Assembly (NCBI RefSeq): GCF_006345805.1
Contig: NC_043004.1
Location: 85,746,001 to 85,810,000, forward strand
Direction of reading: 5' to 3'
Source: Octopus sinensis
Taxonomy: Eukaryota
Length of the DNA: 64,000 bases
In this document: positions 58,640 to 64,000 of the stretch, in pieces
Position numbering within the stretch: position 1 is the stretch's first letter
Layout: every line of letters starts with the position of its first letter
Translations under genes and position numbers: made by a program
The notes under the pieces: generated by a model
What the model saw: the letters and a program-made list of their open reading frames with translations, nothing else
What the model was told of the DNA's origin: nothing
Database searches by the model: none

Positions 58640-59206
58640 ACATATATACATATATACACATACACAATTCTCCTAGTATATGCTTATAGCTGTTGGTTAT
58701 TCATTAGTTGCAGACGTTTTTCTTTGTAAGTCAAATTTTTCGCTTTCCAGGTAATGAATATATTTCTTCCTCACTTGGAATTACTTCTGCTTCTTTAATC
58801 TGAACAGTATTCTACGAAAAAGGATAAAGTAGTAATTTTCTTGATATCTTAGTTGTCACTAACCACTGATCAACAGATTACAAGTTTTTACGTATGTGAC
58901 ATGCAAAGGTGTAAGGAAGGACAATAATAGTCTTTCTGGTGTATATTAAGAGACGCAGTACGCCAATACGTAATAAACACACTGGTTGTTGCGGATTGAC
59001 AAATAAATTCGATGCGATTTTAATATTGCCCTGCATCATTATATGTCTGTGTAGGGGTAAGATTTATTGAAACCTCAAAAAACAATCAGGGAAACTTGTA
59101 GAGGAAATATAGGGCTAAAAGTAAAACACATGAAACAGTTCGATTAAAGTATTGTTACTTAAAATAAGATTGAAGAAAAAAGAATATCCGAGAACAGTTG
59201 GGCTGA

Positions 59207-59259
59207 TCCCACTGAAGAGGCTACGGCAAAAAAGCCGAAACTGACCGATCAGTCTAGGA
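59207..59259 (+). ncRNA. Near-canonical type I hammerhead ribozyme
   Basis: UCCCA CUGAAGA GGCU(10 nt)AGCC GAAA CUGA-CCGA-UCAG UC|UAGGA; intact core and GUC site, one stem I mismatch. Confidence 0.75.
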
Positions 59260-59589
59260 ATATCTCAACCGCTGCTTTTCGAGTTATTACCGTCGCTGTC
59301 AGCATGTACGTATAAAATTACGTGCTTTCACTGCAGCATTACAGCATTTAGCACTTAGTTTTAGCAATGTAGGTGTATATAATACCTTCAGTCGTATTTA
59401 AGGACAGTTATAGTTTTCCTTTTTGGTACACATTGCTTACTACTGCCTACATTAATTCTATAAATATATATCATATATATATATATATATATCATATATA
59501 TATATACATATCATATATATATATATATATATATATCATATATATATATATATGTTTGTGTGTGTCTGTGTCTGTGTATTTATGTATAT

Positions 59590-59790
59590 AATTACGTGCG
59601 TGTCTTTTAGTTTCAGTTGTCACTCAACACCGATTGTCAATCGCTGGTGGGTTCTTTACGTCTACGTTACGTAGCGGTTCAACAATATAGACCGATAGGT
59701 TAACATTATAAGTATTGGTCTTCATTTGTTCGACACCCTTGAAGGATGGGACCAGCATGGCCGCAGATTGAAACTAGTAAAAGACAAAAG
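59590..59790 (+). mobile_element. SINE family A, 3' half (degenerate)
   Basis: cagcatggccgcagattgaaactagtaaaagac tail. Confidence 0.65.
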
Positions 59791-60004
59791 AAGATATACA
59801 TACATAAATACATAAATACATACATACATATATACATACATACAAAAATACAAGCATACATACATGCCTTTATATACATACAAACATAAGTACATACATA
59901 CATACAAACATACATATATATATACATACATACAAACAAACATACATACATACAAACATAATACATACATACATAGAAACATAATACATGCATACATACT
60001 CACT

Positions 60005-60370
60005 TACATGATGGCTGCAAACTCGTGTTCGAGTATTACCATTGCCTGATCGAAACACATATTTGCAGAGGCTACGACCAGCCATTTTGTGATAGGTCTT
60101 ACCATTTCCAAGCGATGCTTGTGCATGATGATTTTTTTTTTTATTGTGGAGAAAGAATTTGCACAAATCCGATTCCATTCTTTGAACATGGACATCATAA
60201 ACTCGAAAAGAAGAGCTAGTCTACATCATCGAATATTGTCAGTGTCGCAGTTTTTCACCCAAACTTTTCTCCCTCTCCAAGAGAGATGTTGAACAACCAC
60301 ACAGGGGCCTCCCAATCCCTGTGCTTCAAACGCGCGTCTGGACACCAACACAGATATTTTCACGTCCCCA
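60005..60370 (+). mobile_element. Putative 5' end and ORF start of the (CATA)n-associated element
   Basis: Follows (CATA)n; homologous to 56990-57165; reads MDIINSKRRASLHHRILSVSQ. Confidence 0.45.
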
Positions 60371-60490
60371 CGCATACATACATGCATACATACCTATGTG
60401 CACATATTGTTGGATGGCCATTGACTGTTCATAAGCTCCTCCGCCTTTTCACATACATAAATACATACATATATACATACATACATACAT

Positions 60491-60586
60491 GCTGATGTTG
60501 AAATTCCAATGAAAGAATCTTGGATCTAGATTAGAAACCGGCTCTTTCTGTATTGGCAAGATATCTTGAAATAAACTGAATAATGG
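60491..60586 (+). mobile_element. ~95-bp 3' UTR fragment of the (CATA)n RLE family
   Basis: gatgttgaaattccaatgaa...gaaataaactgaataatggc matches the reverse complement of 57256-57350; (CATA)n on both sides. Confidence 0.8.
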
Positions 60587-60834
60587 CATACATACATATA
60601 TACATACATAGCACCATCAACATCAAACGTGTAGGTATGGTGGAGCGTATACATGTTCTATTTGAACGCTTTCTTCTATATTTATGCCGCTTCCTCCGGG
60701 TTAAATCAGTAACCAGTTTATCTCCAATTAAAAATGAGCAAAAAATATTTTACTTACCAACGTAGCATGATGCAGACCGTATTTTGAAAAACAAATATAC
60801 CTTACACCACATGGAATTTCACTAACAATGTCAT

Positions 60835-61005
60835 CCGACGAGGTCGAATTTATCTTTCATCCTTTCGGAGTCGATAAATTAAGTACCAGTTACGCACTGG
60901 GGTCGAGGTAATCGACTTAATTCCTTTGTCTGTCCTTGTTTGTCCCCTCTGCGTTTAGCCCTTTGTGGGCAATAAAGAAATAATAAATAAGAAATAAAGA
61001 AATAA
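60835..61005 (+). mobile_element. 5'-truncated SINE family B
   Basis: tttcatcctttcggagtcgataaattaagtaccagttacgcactgggg...(aataaagaaat)n tail. Confidence 0.85.
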
Positions 61006-61729
61006 GAACAATGTCATGGGTATAATTAAAATGACAACAACACCGACGAAAACAGCACTACTGCTCCAGTAAGTTATCTCAGAAGATTATATATTGCTCT
61101 CATTTTACGTGAATTTTAACATCTAAACCGAGATATATTCCGATGCTGTGAAAACTCACACATTACAATCTGTTATTGGAACAGTAATAACTTGTAAGAC
61201 TTTACTCTAGTTTAAAATGTGACACATTTTTTTTTTATATATATATATTCCAACGGTGGAGCTACTGGGTTGTTAAATAAATTCATTCGGTTTCTTCCTC
61301 TTTGTCCTTCCAAGTTTATATATCTGAAAAGAGATAAAATATATCGAAATTTCAAAAACGATAAACAAAAGTTGTAGACGACTGAACGGTGCTACAAAAA
61401 ATCTATAAAACATTACGATAAAAATATTTTTGTATTAATTCAAATAACATTGAAAAAAATATAAAATAAATCGAAAATATCGAACGAATTTGTTGTGACA
61501 ATTTCACTTCTTTTATCATATTTAGTCAACTATTTAGATATTGGACTAATTTACAGTCGACTGACAGACCTCGAATAAGGGGGGCATGTTACTGGTGAGG
61601 TCGGGAGTGGTATCGAGAAGATTCTAACGCACATAGTTGATTGATTGAATAATAGATAGATTGATTGGCCAAATACTCAAAGAATCGATTAGTTAGTTAA
61701 ATGGTTACCTAATTCCTTTATTATACTTT

Positions 61730-62170
61730 TCTACTATAAGCACAAGGCCTGAAATTTCAGGACAGGGGGATTGGTCGATAACATCGACCCCAATGCTTAA
61801 CTGGTACTTATTTTGTCGTTCCCGAAAAGATGAAATTTAAAGTTAACTCCGGTGGAATATGAACTCAAAATGTAAAGGAGGACAAAATACTGATAAGCTT
61901 CTCCCCGACCTGTTACCGATTCTGGCAGCTCATTAGCTTAACTAGATCCCTATTTGTAACAGGTTCCAATGTTGGTGCAATGCCATTATATTTGAGAGGT
62001 ATGTTTCATCGAAGCTTCCTACTCCAGTATCTGACTGGTACATTATTTTATCGACCCCGGGTATTAAAAGGTAAAGTTGTCCTTAGCGGTATTTTAATTC
62101 AGATGTAAAAAGCCGGAAGAATGCCGCTAAGTATTTTGTTCGACGCGCGAACGATTCTTCTTAATTGTCC
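61730..62170 (-). mobile_element. Two adjacent SINE family B copies
   Basis: catcgacccc...ctggtacttattt...aagatgaaa at ~61780-61840; ctggtacattattttatcgacccc at ~62035-62060. Confidence 0.65.
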
Positions 62171-62344
62171 TTAATATACAACAAAATCTGTTTCAACACA
62201 AGGCTTCACATTAAAACTGCTTGTAAAAATATTCAAAACTAATAAGAGTTACATACATTATTTACCAGTTACTAATCTATCGCCCCTCAATTTAGAACTT
62301 GACGCCTGATAAACCAGTCAAGAAAAGAAAGTAGACGTCATTCG

Positions 62345-62460
62345 GAGCGGATAGCTCCGAAAAAATACTAGGCATCAAATGCAACGACTTTATCAGCAAC
62401 AATGTTCACAGAATTGAACCTCAGGACGAAGAAACTCGCCAACTAACTCAGAGTGATTGA
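62345..62460 (+). pseudogene. RTE-like LINE C-terminal fragment
   Basis: KILGIKCNDFISNN (cf. LRRILGIKW.D..SN); homologous to 63175. Confidence 0.45.
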
Positions 62461-62551
62461 TTATTACACATATACATTCATGCAGACATGCATACACATA
62501 TGATATAAGTTTGTATGAATTTTTGTATGCATGTAGTCATATATATATATA

Positions 62552-62611
<60 letters not shown>

Positions 62612-62677
62612 GAGAGAGAGAGAGATTGATGGATAAATAGATAGATAGATAGATAGATAGATATAGATAGATAGATA

Positions 62678-62811
<134 letters not shown>

Positions 62812-63174
62812 TAATTGTATGTGCATTTTTTCAATATGTACAAATAACACGGGAAAAATACATAAATAGTTACCAGGGTAGCAAAAAATTCACACAAGTA
62901 CCAAGGATGTTACAGCCTACTTATAAAGGTAGAAATTCCAGGGTTTGGTGAAATGTTTTTGTATAACGGATAAATAAAGAAATGGAGTTACACGCTGGTG
63001 TTATGCAAATCTTTATACTTCCGACATATGTTTCGAAGAAAGCATTGTTATTATTCCAGAAGGAATAAAATGGTGGGTTGCTCGCTACTTTTGTAAAGTA
63101 GAAATTTATTATTCTTATACACGAATGTTCTTGACATATATATAGAGAAAAGAAAATAAGTTGCCTTTAGGAGC

Positions 63175-63450
63175 AGATAGCTTCGGAAAATACAAGGCAT
63201 CAAATGGAACAACTTATCAGCACCACGGTTCGAAAAAGTGGACCTCACGACGACCAAACTTGCCAACTAAGGCCTTCAGTTGAACTCACAGCTGCAACGG
63301 TGTAAGAGACATCACAAGATGAACTGGCACAAGAAGATCGATAAACCTACATTGGTAAACCTACAGTGGAACGATGTTTTGATGTTGGCTGGAGACTGAT
63401 GCTGTTGAAGTGATTTGATTGTCTCATATGTCACTCGATGCAGGAGCATC
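63175..63450 (+). pseudogene. RTE-like LINE C-terminal and 3' fragment
   Basis: LRKIQGIKWNN(F)IS..VRK.G with a frameshift. Confidence 0.5.
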
Positions 63451-64000
63451 TACGTCTAGATAAGTCTCCGGAAAAAATAAATTAAATATCAGCCTCAGCT
63501 GGATTTGAAACTTGAGCTTCAACTTGCGAAAACTATAACGATTTTGTCGCCCACATTTCAGAAAACCTGACTTTTATAAATCTGTGAAACATTATATAAT
63601 CTTCTGTTAATCAAGATACAATTGTTTCATTATTTATTTTGTAAAGGTTTTTGTTGTTGTTATAATTTATTTATTTATTTATTTGTTTTAGTTTTGACTT
63701 TCGGAAACAAATGCTAACATTGTTTATACGACAAGTTAAAATAAATTCATTAGAATTTCGTTTTTATTTGGTTTGGAAGTTTAATTCTGGCATCATCTAG
63801 TTGTTACGAAAAGTATGAAATATTTTGTTGCGATTTTTCAGTTTTGTAAGAAATTATATTATTATTTTTTTTTTATTGATTTATTTCATTTGTGATTTTT
63901 ATTCTATTCACTTTTCTTTTCTGAAATTCCAATTACTTTGTCCTCTGCGTTGTAAAGAAACATGAAAAAGAAATAAACATTTACAAACCACAATAACAAC

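Noticed and set aside
60505-60545. Hammerhead in the (CATA)n-family 3' UTR (gaaaccggctc)
   Set aside because: There is no CUGAnGA core in either copy

Overview
AT-rich, microsatellite-saturated animal genomic DNA; the SINE repertoire looks like Octopus (inference from recognised repeat types, not from a search). No host protein-coding gene can be identified with confidence, and nearly all ORF-track entries are translations of (TA)n, (CA)n, (GATA)n, (TATG)n or (TAA)n repeats. The window contains three tRNA-headed SINE families (about 35 copies or fragments, several with TSDs) and a decayed CR1/L2-group LINE whose 3' tail matches one of the SINEs. It also holds Tc1/mariner and pogo-like DNA transposon remnants and MITEs, RTE-like fragments and a degenerate 28S rRNA fragment. 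Two patterns stand out. (1) About ten minimal type I hammerhead ribozyme folds (CUGAnGA...GAAA...NUH) sit in tandem direct repeats or between long inverted repeats inserted in (TA)n, the architecture of Penelope-like pLTRs or non-LTR retrozymes; the clearest is a tandem pair about 558 nt apart at 17.2-17.8 kb. (2) Different non-LTR retrotransposon families each occupy their own microsatellite: R4/Dong-like in (TAA)n, Tx1-like in (GATA)n, and a second RLE-type family in (CATA)n. Frequent single-base deletions suggest residual long-read errors, so some frameshifts and duplications may be artefacts. Coordinates were read by eye and element ends are approximate unless a TSD or TIR is quoted.
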